DNA of 64,000 nt, taken from assembly GCA_963820825.1 (NCBI GenBank), contig CAWGBN010000006.1, positions 96,001-160,000 on the forward strand. Direction: 5' to 3'. This stretch comes from Vulcanimicrobiota bacterium (lineage in GTDB: Bacteria > Vulcanimicrobiota > Vulcanimicrobiia > Vulcanimicrobiales > Vulcanimicrobiaceae). Made by a program: the position numbers and the translations under genes. The notes beneath the pieces are model-generated. The model worked only from the letters and a program-made list of their open reading frames with translations, did no database searches and was not told the origin of the DNA. Positions within the stretch are counted from its first letter, which is position 1. Every line of letters begins with the position of its first letter. Shown piece by piece: positions 18,015 through 27,405 of this stretch.

Positions 18015-19411
18015 CGGCGACGGCGATCGGAACCTCCCTTGCCGATCTCGTTGCGATTGCGCTCTTCATCTACGGCCTTCACGAGCTGAACTCGCCGGCG
18101 ACGGCACAGCGCGGAAACCGGTTCGCGATGGCGGGCATGGTCATCGCGCTCGTCTCGATTCTCGTTCAAACGGGCGCGGTCGGCTGGTGGGCCGTTGCGA
18201 TCGGCGTCGCGATCGGCGGCATCGTCGGCATCTACGCTGCCCTCAAAGTCAAGATGACCGCGATGCCGCAGATGGTCGCACTCTACAACGGCGCCGGCGG
18301 CGGCGCCGCCGCCTTGATCTCGACCGTCGGGTTCTTCATCGCCCGTGGCACGGGTAGTCCCGACGTCGTCGTCGCGGTTTCGCTGGTGCTCTCGGCGATC
18401 ATCGGCGCGATCAGTCTCGCGGGTTCGATCGTCGCCTTCCTCAAGCTCCAAGAACTGATGACCGGACGTCCCGTCACCTATCCCGGCCAGCAGATCGTCA
18501 ACGGAATCGTCCTGCTTGGAATTCTCGCGTTGGCAATCTGGTTCGTTGCGACTCTGGGACTGCTGCCGGCCTGGGCATTCGTCGCGCTCTTGCTCGGCGC
18601 GCTGCTCCTCGGCGTGCTCTTCGTCTTACCGATCGGCGGCGCCGACATGCCGGTCGTCATCTCGCTACTGAACTCGTTCACCGGCGTCGCGGTCGCGATT
18701 ACCGGTTTCGAGATCGACTCGTCGCTGCTCATCATCTGCGGCGCGCTCGTCGGCGCGAGCGGAACGATTCTCACCGTCGCGATGAGCCGCGCGATGAACC
18801 GCCCGCTGACCAACGTGCTCTTCGGCGCCTTCGGCGCCGCGGGTGGAACTGAGGTTGCGACGGCGAGCGGCGCGCCGCAGCAGATTCGCAGCACGAGCGC
18901 CGACGACGTCGGCGTCATGCTCGCGTACGCGTCGAAGGTGATCTTCGTTCCGGGCTACGGCATGGCGGTGGCGCAGGCGCAGCATAGCGTCAAAGCGCTC
19001 GCGGATCAGCTCGAGAAGCGCGGCGTCAAAGTTCTCTACGCGATCCATCCCGTCGCCGGGCGCATGCCCGGACACATGAACGTGCTGCTCGCCGAGGCAA
19101 ACGTTCCGTACAATCAACTCCTCGACATGGAGGATGCGAATCCCGAGTTTCCGACCGCCGACGTCGCGCTCGTCATCGGCGCCAACGACGTGACGAACCC
19201 GGCCGCGCGAACGGTCGCCTCGTCGCCGATCTACGGGATGCCGATTCTCGATGTCGACAAGGCCGCTAACGTCGTCGTGCTCAAGCGCTCGATGCGCTCC
19301 GGCTTTGCCGGAATCGAGAATCCGCTCTACGAGCTGCCGAACTGTTCGATGCTCTTCGGCGATGCGAAGGCCTCGGTCGAGGCGCTGACCGGCGCGGTTA
19401 AAGCGTTGTAG
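18011..19411 (+). CDS. pntB: NAD(P) transhydrogenase subunit beta
   Basis: MTAMPQMVA, IGGADMPVVIS, PGYGMAVAQAQ, HPVAGRMPGHMNVLLAEA. Confidence 0.97.
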   Translation: MTATAIGTSLADLVAIALFIYGLHELNSPATAQRGNRFAMAGMVIALVSILVQTGAVGWWAVAIGVAIGGIVGIYAALKVKMTAMPQMVALYNGAGGGAAALISTVGFFIARGTGSPDVVVAVSLVLSAIIGAISLAGSIVAFLKLQELMTGRPVTYPGQQIVNGIVLLGILALAIWFVATLGLLPAWAFVALLLGALLLGVLFVLPIGGADMPVVISLLNSFTGVAVAITGFEIDSSLLIICGALVGASGTILTVAMSRAMNRPLTNVLFGAFGAAGGTEVATASGAPQQIRSTSADDVGVMLAYASKVIFVPGYGMAVAQAQHSVKALADQLEKRGVKVLYAIHPVAGRMPGHMNVLLAEANVPYNQLLDMEDANPEFPTADVALVIGANDVTNPAARTVASSPIYGMPILDVDKAANVVVLKRSMRSGFAGIENPLYELPNCSMLFGDAKASVEALTGAVKAL

Positions 19412-22400
19412 CCGGCGCCCCGCCTTCGGGTAACGGCGGGGGAGGCATCGGCGGTTTTGGAAGATCTTCGGGTCGCGGCGGTCCGGTCTTGCGTCTCTTG
19501 CGTTCGGTCAGCTCGACGACGACGATGTAAAGCACCGGCACGATCGCGAGGTTCATGATCGTGGAGACGAGCATACCGCCCAGAACGGCGGTCCCGAGCG
19601 AGATCCGCGACTGCGCGCCGTCTCCGTGCGCGAAGGCGAGCGGAATGATGCCGAGGATGAAGGCAATCGAGGTCATGAGAATCGGGCGCAGCCGCGTCGC
19701 CGCCGCGTGCGCGACCGCCTCGACCGCTTCCATGCCCTCCGCGCGCAGCTGGTTGGCGAACTCGACTATCAAGATCGCGTTCTTCGCCGCCAAGCCGATG
19801 AGCATGACGTAGCCGATCTGTGCGTAGATGTCGGAGGAGGTAATCGGCAGTGGGACGATGTGCCCGGCCATCAGTGAGTGCACGATCTGGCTCAGCCGCT
19901 CGGTGAGACTGCGGAGGTAGATCGCGCCGATCGCTCCGAGCAGCGCGACCGGCACCGCGAGCATGATCACGAAGGGCGTGGAGAGGCTCTCGTACTGCGC
20001 CACCAAGACCAAGAAGACGAAGAGCAATCCCATCGCGAAGACGGCGACGGTCTGCGGACCGCTCTGCACTTGCTGGCGAGCGATACCGCTCCATTCATAA
20101 CCCATGCCCTTGGGCAGATTCGCGACGACGTGGCGCTGGATCGAATCGAGCGCCTGTCCGGAACTCGCTCCGGGGCCGGGATTTCCGTCGATCTCCAGCG
20201 CGTTGTACTCGTTGAAGCGCATGATGGAGACGTTGTTCGTGGCCATCTTCGTCGTGAGGAATTGGCTCACGGGCATCATCGCGCCGGCCGAATTTGCCAC
20301 GTAGATTCGCGAGAGGTCTTGCGGCGTCGTCCGTTGGCCGGCTTTCGCCTGCAAGACGACCTGATACGATCGCGTTCCGTAGTCGAAGAAGTTGACGAAC
20401 GTCGAGCCCGTCGTACCGTTGAGCGTGTCGAAGAACGCGCTCGGCGTTACGCCGAACGCGAGCGCCTTGGCACGATCGAACTCGGTGACGAGGTACGTTC
20501 CGGTGAAGATCGTGGGGAATCGCACCTGCGAGAGCGTCGAGTCTCTCTTCGCCCCGGCCAAGATCGTGTTGCCGACCTTGTTCAGCGCCGGCAAACCGAG
20601 GTTGTTGATATCCTCGATCTCGATGGCGAATCCGCCGGTCGAGCCCAAGCCGGGTATTGCCGGGGGATTCGCGGGAATTGCGCTGAGGTTTGGAATCTGC
20701 AAGAACTGCCGGTAGAGGTCGTACTGGACGGCCAGCGAGGAGTTCTGCACGCCGTGCCGTTCGGAGAGCGGCTTAAGCTGCAAGAAGATCGTCGCTTGAT
20801 TCGAGCTGTTGTTGGCGAATCCGAAGCCGACGCCTGAGGTCGCCGCTTCGACTTGCGGCATCTTACGCATCATGCCTTCGAGGCGTTTGACCATTGCGGT
20901 GGTCTGGTCCATCGACGATTGGATCGGCAGCGTCACCAGCACGTAGAGCAGACTCTGATCTTCGTTCGGGAGAAAGCCCGTCGGGGTGATCTTGAACATC
21001 ACACCTAAGAGCGCGATCGCCCCGATGAAGATCGCGATCATGATCTTCTGGTGACGGATCAGCACCGGGACCTTTGCTTGATACCAAGCCGTCATCGCGT
21101 GCAGGCGATCGTTGAACCAAAGCATGAACCGGTTCTTGGTCGGCTCCGCGCCGTGCACGAGCTCGTAAGTCAAGACCGGTGCGAGCGTCATCGCCGTGAA
21201 GAGCGAGATCCCGATCGAGGCGGCCATCGTCAAGGCGAACTGCTGGAAGAGCAGTCCGGTCGTGCCCGGCAGGAAGGCCACGGGAATGAAGACCGACATG
21301 AGCACCAGGGACGTCGCAACGACGGCGCCGCCGATCTCGTTCATCGCGCGAACGGTCGCCTGAAACGAGTTCGTCTTATCGTCGACGATGTGGCGCACGA
21401 TGTTCTCGAGCACGACGATGGCGTCGTCGACGACGAGCCCGGTCGCGAGCGTCAACCCGAAGAGCGTGAGCGTGTTGATCGAGAAGCCCAGCACCTTCAT
21501 CGCCGCGAACGTTCCGACCAGCGAGACCGGAATCGTGATCGACGGGATCAGCGTGCTGTGCCAGCTCTGCAGGAAGATGAAGATGACCAAGACGACGAGC
21601 AGGATCGCGATCAAGAGCGTTACGACGACTTCCTTGATCGAGGCGCGCACGAAATCGGAGGTGTCGAAGGCAATCTTATACGCGTAGCCGGTCGGCATCG
21701 TCTCGGCGATGCGGGCCATCGTCGACCGGACGTTCTGCGAGATCTGCAGCGAGTTGGCGGTGGGTTCGCCTTCGATGGCCAGCACGACGGCGGTCTGTCC
21801 GTTATAGCGCGCCGAGGTGATGTAGTTCTGGGCTCCGAGCTCGACCTGGGCTACGTCGCCGAGTCGTAAGTATCCGCCGTTGGGCTGCGCCGCGACGACG
21901 ATCTGTTTGAACTCTTCGGGAGTCTGCAGCCGTCCGTTGATCGAGATCGGAATTTGAAAGGGCTGCTTGCCAGTCGTGGGCGGCTGACCGATCGAACCGG
22001 GCGCAACGTCGGCGTTATTCTGTTTGATGACGTTGAGAACGGTGTCGATCGAGATGTTGTTCGACTCGAGTTTATGCGGGTCGACCCAAATGCGCATTCC
22101 GTAGGTGCGATCGCCGAGCACCTCGACCTGGCCGACGCCGGGCACGCGCTTGAGATTCTCGATGACGTTGAGATCGGCGTAATTGCTGACGTCGACGTCG
22201 GAGACCGCCGAGCTCGTCGAGAGCATCGCAACCGCGATCGTGATATTGCCGGAGCTCTTCTCGACGCTGACGCCTTGATTCTGTACCGCCGACGGGAGCT
22301 GTGCGAGCGTGAGGTCGACGCCGTGCTGCACGTTGGTTTGGTCGGTCGTGGGGTCGGTGCCCAACGCGAAGGTGCAGGTGATCACGCTCGTCCCGTTCGC

Positions 22401-22649
22401 GCTGGAGTACGACTGCATGTACTGCAGACCGTCGGCGCCGTTGATATTGATCTCGAGCGGCGTCGTGACCGAGCGCATGACCATCTCGGCGGTGGCGCCG
22501 GGATATTGCGAGGTCACGGTGACAGTCGGCGGCGAGATCTGCGGGTACTGGGAGATCGGAAGCGTCGGAATCGTTATGAGGCCGGCGAGCAGCACGATGA
22601 AGCTCAGGACGGCCGCAAAATGCGGTCGCCGCAGGAAAAACTCGATCAA
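19398..22649 (-). CDS. RND efflux transporter permease (HAE1/AcrB-like)
   Basis: LPISQYPQI, GLVVDDAIVVLEN, GLAAKNAILIVEFA, RLRPILMTS. Confidence 0.95.
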   Translation of the reverse strand: MIEFFLRRPHFAAVLSFIVLLAGLITIPTLPISQYPQISPPTVTVTSQYPGATAEMVMRSVTTPLEININGADGLQYMQSYSSANGTSVITCTFALGTDPTTDQTNVQHGVDLTLAQLPSAVQNQGVSVEKSSGNITIAVAMLSTSSAVSDVDVSNYADLNVIENLKRVPGVGQVEVLGDRTYGMRIWVDPHKLESNNISIDTVLNVIKQNNADVAPGSIGQPPTTGKQPFQIPISINGRLQTPEEFKQIVVAAQPNGGYLRLGDVAQVELGAQNYITSARYNGQTAVVLAIEGEPTANSLQISQNVRSTMARIAETMPTGYAYKIAFDTSDFVRASIKEVVVTLLIAILLVVLVIFIFLQSWHSTLIPSITIPVSLVGTFAAMKVLGFSINTLTLFGLTLATGLVVDDAIVVLENIVRHIVDDKTNSFQATVRAMNEIGGAVVATSLVLMSVFIPVAFLPGTTGLLFQQFALTMAASIGISLFTAMTLAPVLTYELVHGAEPTKNRFMLWFNDRLHAMTAWYQAKVPVLIRHQKIMIAIFIGAIALLGVMFKITPTGFLPNEDQSLLYVLVTLPIQSSMDQTTAMVKRLEGMMRKMPQVEAATSGVGFGFANNSSNQATIFLQLKPLSERHGVQNSSLAVQYDLYRQFLQIPNLSAIPANPPAIPGLGSTGGFAIEIEDINNLGLPALNKVGNTILAGAKRDSTLSQVRFPTIFTGTYLVTEFDRAKALAFGVTPSAFFDTLNGTTGSTFVNFFDYGTRSYQVVLQAKAGQRTTPQDLSRIYVANSAGAMMPVSQFLTTKMATNNVSIMRFNEYNALEIDGNPGPGASSGQALDSIQRHVVANLPKGMGYEWSGIARQQVQSGPQTVAVFAMGLLFVFLVLVAQYESLSTPFVIMLAVPVALLGAIGAIYLRSLTERLSQIVHSLMAGHIVPLPITSSDIYAQIGYVMLIGLAAKNAILIVEFANQLRAEGMEAVEAVAHAAATRLRPILMTSIAFILGIIPLAFAHGDGAQSRISLGTAVLGGMLVSTIMNLAIVPVLYIVVVELTERKRRKTGPPRPEDLPKPPMPPPPLPEGGAPATTL

Positions 22650-22709
22650 GAGTCAGCTTCCGGCGAGAGAGCGCTCATTCTCAAAACGAGCGTTCGGATG
22701 CTACCAGGT

Positions 22710-24332
22710 CTAATTCCTTGCAGCGATGCTCGGTCGCCCGCCCGCAGAAAGCGCGTGCAATCGCCACGCAAACGCGTTCCAGGTCGGGACGAAGGCGTTG
22801 GGCGAGAAGCCGCTCAGTCGCGTGCGATATGCGTAGATGTAATCGGCGTTGAAGAGGTAGAGCACCGGAACCTGCTGCGCGACGATGCGCCCGATCTCTC
22901 CGTAGAGACGCTTGCGCGCGCGTTGTTCGGTAGCCGCGAGCGCGTCGCGCTCGAGGCGCTCGACGCGCGAATCGCACCAGCGCATGTAGTTCGACGGCGC
23001 GCCGCAACCCAGCACGGCGGAGTCGTCGGGATCGGCGCCCATCGTCCACGGGACGTAGGCGAGATCGAAGTTCCCTTGCGCGAGCACGCCGGTGCGCGGG
23101 AGAAAGAGCTGCGCGTTGCTGACCGCTTTGATGGTCACGTCGACGCCGCGCTCGTGCAGCGCCGCCGCGACCGTTGCGGCGACCCGCACGCCCGTCGCCG
23201 TCTCCGGAAACTGGACGTAGGTGAGATGGAGCGGCGCGTTCGCGCGCCGGCGCATTCCGTCCGGACCGCGCGACCAGCCGGCCCGGTCGAAGAGCCGGTC
23301 GGCACCGGCAGGATCGTATCCGGGCTCGCGCACGGCGGGATCGTACGCCCACGAGAACTGCGGCTGAATGACGTTCGTCACCGGATAGAACCCCAGCGTG
23401 ATCTTGCGCGAGATCGCGTCGCGATCGATCGACATGGCAAGGGCGCGGCGGATGCGGACGTCGTCGAGCGGAGCGCGCGACGTGTTGAAGGCGAGACCCG
23501 CGACGACCGCGGTCGGCACCCGGCTGACGCGGATCTGCGAATCGCTGCTGACGACCGCGAGCTGCGCGGGCGCGAGCAGGTTCCAATCGATCGCGCCCGA
23601 GCGCAGCAAGAGCAGATTCGTCGACGGGTCGGGGATCGTACCGACCTCGAGCTCGGCGATCGAAGGCTTGCCTCGCCAGTATCGCGCATTGGCCGCATAA
23701 CGCAGCGATTCGCCGCGACGCCACGAGACGAACCGGTACGGTCCATCGCCGACGCTCGGCGCCGCGTTGAAGGGCGCACGCGCGAGCGGACGTTGCGCGG
23801 CGAGCACGTGGGACGGCAGGACGAACTGCGGCGAGAACCCGTCGGAGAAGTACGTCAGCACTGCCGGTGCCCAGGCGTGCTTTAGATGAAAGATCACGGT
23901 TAGCGGACCCGCGGCATTCGCGCGGTCGATGAGATCGTAGCCTTCATGCGAGCGAACCGGATTGCGCGGATCGAGGATCGCACGCAGGGTGAATAGGACG
24001 TCGCTCGCGGTTACCGGCACGCCGTCGCTCCATCGAACTCCCGGCCGAAGCCGGTAACGAATCGTTCGGCCGTCGGCCGAGATGCCGCCGTTAGCTCGTG
24101 CCGGGATCTCGCGCAGGAGAACCGGAACCGGGCGCCCCCGGGCGTCCAAGTCGATGAAGGGTTCAAAGACCAAGCGAGCGGCTTGCTGCTCGACCGATGC
24201 GGCGTCGGGATTCAAGAAGAGCGGATTGAGATTGCGCGGATCGGCCGCGAGATCGAATCGGAGAGCGGCGGCGGGGGCGGGCTGGCCACCGCGGAAGCAG
24301 CCCGGCGAGGCCGCAAAAGCCGCCAACAGCAA
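22710..24332 (-). CDS. Family 5 (peptide/nickel) ABC substrate-binding protein
   Basis: DPRNLNPL, LRPGVRWSDG.PVTASDV.FT, VGDGPY, D.RIRRAL...IDR; start uncertain (TTG 24332 after GAGGA). Confidence 0.88.
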   Translation of the reverse strand: MLLAAFAASPGCFRGGQPAPAAALRFDLAADPRNLNPLFLNPDAASVEQQAARLVFEPFIDLDARGRPVPVLLREIPARANGGISADGRTIRYRLRPGVRWSDGVPVTASDVLFTLRAILDPRNPVRSHEGYDLIDRANAAGPLTVIFHLKHAWAPAVLTYFSDGFSPQFVLPSHVLAAQRPLARAPFNAAPSVGDGPYRFVSWRRGESLRYAANARYWRGKPSIAELEVGTIPDPSTNLLLLRSGAIDWNLLAPAQLAVVSSDSQIRVSRVPTAVVAGLAFNTSRAPLDDVRIRRALAMSIDRDAISRKITLGFYPVTNVIQPQFSWAYDPAVREPGYDPAGADRLFDRAGWSRGPDGMRRRANAPLHLTYVQFPETATGVRVAATVAAALHERGVDVTIKAVSNAQLFLPRTGVLAQGNFDLAYVPWTMGADPDDSAVLGCGAPSNYMRWCDSRVERLERDALAATEQRARKRLYGEIGRIVAQQVPVLYLFNADYIYAYRTRLSGFSPNAFVPTWNAFAWRLHALSAGGRPSIAARN

Positions 24333-24388
24333 AATAATCCGTCCTCGGCGACTTGCGCCGAATGGATTTATGGTGTTATTGTTGTCAA

Positions 24389-24405
24389 GCCGAATATTCT
24401 TCGGC
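24389..24405. promoter_or_regulatory. Palindromic operator candidate between the divergent SBP and lrp-kdd-kamA genes
   Basis: GCCGAA-TATTC-TTCGGC in an AT-rich spacer, abutting a minus-strand TTGACA (24383-24388). Confidence 0.4.
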
Positions 24406-24417
24406 AAATCTCCTCCT

Positions 24418-24894
24418 ATGTCGAATATGGTGATGATCAACAGCGAGCTCGACGAGCTCGACCTCCAACTCCTCGACGCGTTGCAGCGCAACGCGCGCTC
24501 GACCTTTACCGAACTGGGTGCCGTCATCGGGCTCAAGGCGCCGGCGGTCCACGACCGGGTCAAGCGACTCGAGCAGCGCGGCTACATTCGCGGCTATTCG
24601 GCGCAGCTCGATTCCGAGCGTCTCGGACTGCACTTGACGGCCTTCGTGAGCTGCTACACCTCGCCGGAGTGCAAGTACGACGATTTCACCCGGCGCCTGA
24701 GCGAGATGCCGGAGATCTGCGAAGTTCACTCGGTCGCGGGCGAGGAGACGTTTCTCTGCAAAGTCGTTACTCGTTCGACGCAGCACCTCGACGAATTGCT
24801 TGCCCGCCTCAAAGCGACGCCCGGCATGGCGCGAACCCGCACGACGATCGTGCTGAGCATGCCGTTCGAGCGCGGCGGCGTCACGGTTCGCTAG
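24418..24894 (+). CDS. Lrp/AsnC family transcriptional regulator
   Basis: LDELDLQLL..LQRNAR..FTELG, RVKRLE..GYIRGY, EVHSVAGE; start between 24418 and 24433. Confidence 0.93.
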   Translation: MSNMVMINSELDELDLQLLDALQRNARSTFTELGAVIGLKAPAVHDRVKRLEQRGYIRGYSAQLDSERLGLHLTAFVSCYTSPECKYDDFTRRLSEMPEICEVHSVAGEETFLCKVVTRSTQHLDELLARLKATPGMARTRTTIVLSMPFERGGVTVR

Positions 24895-24896
24895 CG

Positions 24897-25981
24897 ATGC
24901 ACGCCTCGTTGCGTTCCGCCGGTCATCCGTTGGGCGCCCATCGCGTGCTCGATCCGCCGGGCGCGATGCCGCAAGATGCGTGGCGCATCGATAACACGCC
25001 GATTGCAGCTTCGAACGAAATGCTCTGCGAGGTCGAAGCGCTCAACATCGATTCGGCCTCCTTCAAGCAGATCGCCGACGCGTGCGGCTTCGACGCGCAG
25101 CGGATCGGCGAACACGTCGTCGAGACCGTGCGCGAGCGAGGAAAGCAGCACAATCCGGTCACCGGCAGCGGAGGAATGTTCGTCGGCCGCGTTCTCGAGG
25201 TCGGCGAAGCGCTGCGCGAACGAGCCGGCCCGCAGCCGGGAGATCGGATCGCGTCGCTCGTCTCGCTGACGCTCACGCCGTTGCAGATCGAGCGCATCGA
25301 GCGCGTCGACGTCGCAACCGGCCGCATCTGGATTCGCGGAAAGGCGATTCTCTTCGAGAGCGCACTCTGGGCTCGGCTTCCCAGCGACATCGACGAAGGC
25401 GTCGCGCTCGCGGTGCTCGACGTCGCCGGCGCGCCCGCGCAGGTTCGCAAGCTCTGCTCGGCCGGGCGACACGGTCGTCATCGTCGGCGCCGACGGCAAG
25501 AGCGGATTGCTCTCCTGCGCGCAAGCCAAGGCGCGCGTCGGGAGTCGCGGACGCGTCATCGGGATCGTCCCGAACGACTCCACGCCGGGCGCACAACTGC
25601 TCCGGCGCGAAGGACTCGTCGACGATTTACTCGTCGCCGACGCGCGCAGCGCCCTGCGATTGAGCGAGCGGGTCGCAGCGACGCGCTCCGGGTCTCGCCG
25701 ATATCGTGGTCAACTGCGTCAACGTCGCGGGAACCGAGCTCGCCTCGATTCTCTGCGCGCGCGAAGGCGGCACGGTTTACTTCTTTTCGATGTCGACGTC
25801 GTTCACTGCCGCGGCCCTCGGTGCCGAAGGCGCCGGCCGCGACGTGAACATGATGATCGGCAACGGTTACACCAAGGGCCATGCCGAGCTCGCGCTGCAG
25901 ACGCTGCGCGACCATCCCGCCCTGCACGCCCATTTCAACGCCACGTACGGCACCACGCCCTCCAGCCACGTCGAGGAATAA
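24897..25981 (+). CDS. kdd: L-erythro-3,5-diaminohexanoate dehydrogenase; two +1 frameshifts as read (near 25465 and 25690)
   Basis: G.HRV..P.G.MPQ.AW.IDN, LNIDSASF.QI, GKQHNPVTGSGGM, LVSLTLTPL, LDVAGAPAQ, YFFSM.TSFT.AALGAEG, MMIGNGY spread over three frames. Confidence 0.85.
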
Positions 25982-25994
25982 AGAGAGGATTCTT

Positions 25995-27377
25995 ATGAGC
26001 ACGACATCGGTCAGCCCGCATCTCAAACCGCCGGCGCCGCCGGAGCAGTTCGAGTACAAGCGGCTCAAGCAGGGCGAGTTTTGGCGCCACATTCCGGCCT
26101 ATGCCGAGGTCGACGAAGCGACGTTCCTCGACCATCTCTGGCAGCAGCGCCAATCGGTCAAGACCGCCGAGGAACTGCTTCAAACGATCCGCGAGGTCTG
26201 CTCGCCGGAGTTCTATCGCGATGCCGAAGCCGGCTTCCGCAAGGCGCCGATGGCGGTTCGCGTCTCCCCGTACGCGATCTCGTTGATCGATTGGAACGAT
26301 CCGGTCGACGATCCGATTCGCCGGCAGTTCATTCCGCTGGCATCCACGTCGCTGCCCGACCATCCTCGGCTGACGCTCGATTCGCTCCACGAACAGCAGG
26401 ACTCGCCGATACCAGGTCTCGTCCATCGCTACGTCGACAAGGCGCTCTTTCTGCCGCTCAACACCTGCCCCGTTTACTGCCGGTTCTGCACGCGCAGCTA
26501 CGCCATCGGGCCGGATACCGAGAACGTCGATAAGGTCGCGCTCGCCAAGACGCCCAAACAGTGGCAAGACGCCTTTCAATACATCTCCGAGCGCCCCGAG
26601 CTCGAAGACATCGTCATCTCCGGCGGCGACGTCTACCAGCTTCCCGCCAAGAACATCGAGCTGATCGGTAACGCGCTGCTCGACATTCCGCACGTTCGCC
26701 GGATGCGCTTTGCGACCAAAGGGCCGGCGATCATGCCGATGAAATTGCTCACCCACACCGAGTGGCTCGACGCGATCACCGCGATCGTCGAGCGCGGGCG
26801 TACCCTCGGCAAGGAAGTCGTGCTGCATACCCATTTCAACGCTCCCGAAGAGATCACGTGGATCACCGAGAAGGCGATGCGCGTGCTCTTCGAGCGCGGC
26901 ATTTTCACGCGCAATCAGTCGGTGCTCATTCGCGGCGTCAACGACACGCGCGAACGGATGCAGCTGCTCGTCAAGCGGCTCGGCCACGTAAACGTGCATC
27001 CCTATTACGTCTACATGCACGACATGGTCAAGGGCGTCGAGGAGCTTCGAACGACGATCGGGACCGCGGTCGACACCGAGAAGTTCGTGCGCGGGAGCAC
27101 CGCGGGCTTCAATACGCCGACCTTTGTCTGCGACGCACCGGGCGGCGGCGGCAAGCGCGACGTACACTCGTACGAGTACTACGACCGCACCAACGGGATC
27201 GCCGTCTATGCCGCGCCGAGCGTCAAGCCGGGTAAGGCATTCGTCTACTTCGATCCGATCGACAAGCTCGCGCCGGAGGTTCAAGCCCGCTGGGCCGTGC
27301 GTCAGATCGCCGACGAGATGATCCACGAGGCGATCCGCCAGGCCGGCATCGGGGAACAGCAGCTCGTCCTCGCGTAA
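25995..27377 (+). CDS. kamA: KamA-family radical SAM aminomutase (probably lysine 2,3-aminomutase)
   Basis: LVHRY.DK, CPVYCRFC radical SAM motif, ISGGD, THFN, NQSVLIRGVND, DAPGGGGK (PLP lysine); GAGAGGA RBS; adjacent to kdd. Confidence 0.88.
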   Translation: MSTTSVSPHLKPPAPPEQFEYKRLKQGEFWRHIPAYAEVDEATFLDHLWQQRQSVKTAEELLQTIREVCSPEFYRDAEAGFRKAPMAVRVSPYAISLIDWNDPVDDPIRRQFIPLASTSLPDHPRLTLDSLHEQQDSPIPGLVHRYVDKALFLPLNTCPVYCRFCTRSYAIGPDTENVDKVALAKTPKQWQDAFQYISERPELEDIVISGGDVYQLPAKNIELIGNALLDIPHVRRMRFATKGPAIMPMKLLTHTEWLDAITAIVERGRTLGKEVVLHTHFNAPEEITWITEKAMRVLFERGIFTRNQSVLIRGVNDTRERMQLLVKRLGHVNVHPYYVYMHDMVKGVEELRTTIGTAVDTEKFVRGSTAGFNTPTFVCDAPGGGGKRDVHSYEYYDRTNGIAVYAAPSVKPGKAFVYFDPIDKLAPEVQARWAVRQIADEMIHEAIRQAGIGEQQLVLA

Positions 27378-27405
27378 ACGACGTTCAGAGAAAGGAACAC
27401 CCGAG

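Noticed and set aside
25995..27377. EpmB (EF-P modification) or RiPP-type radical SAM enzyme
   Set aside because: No efp/epmA or precursor peptide nearby; size and linkage to kdd favour a catabolic KamA
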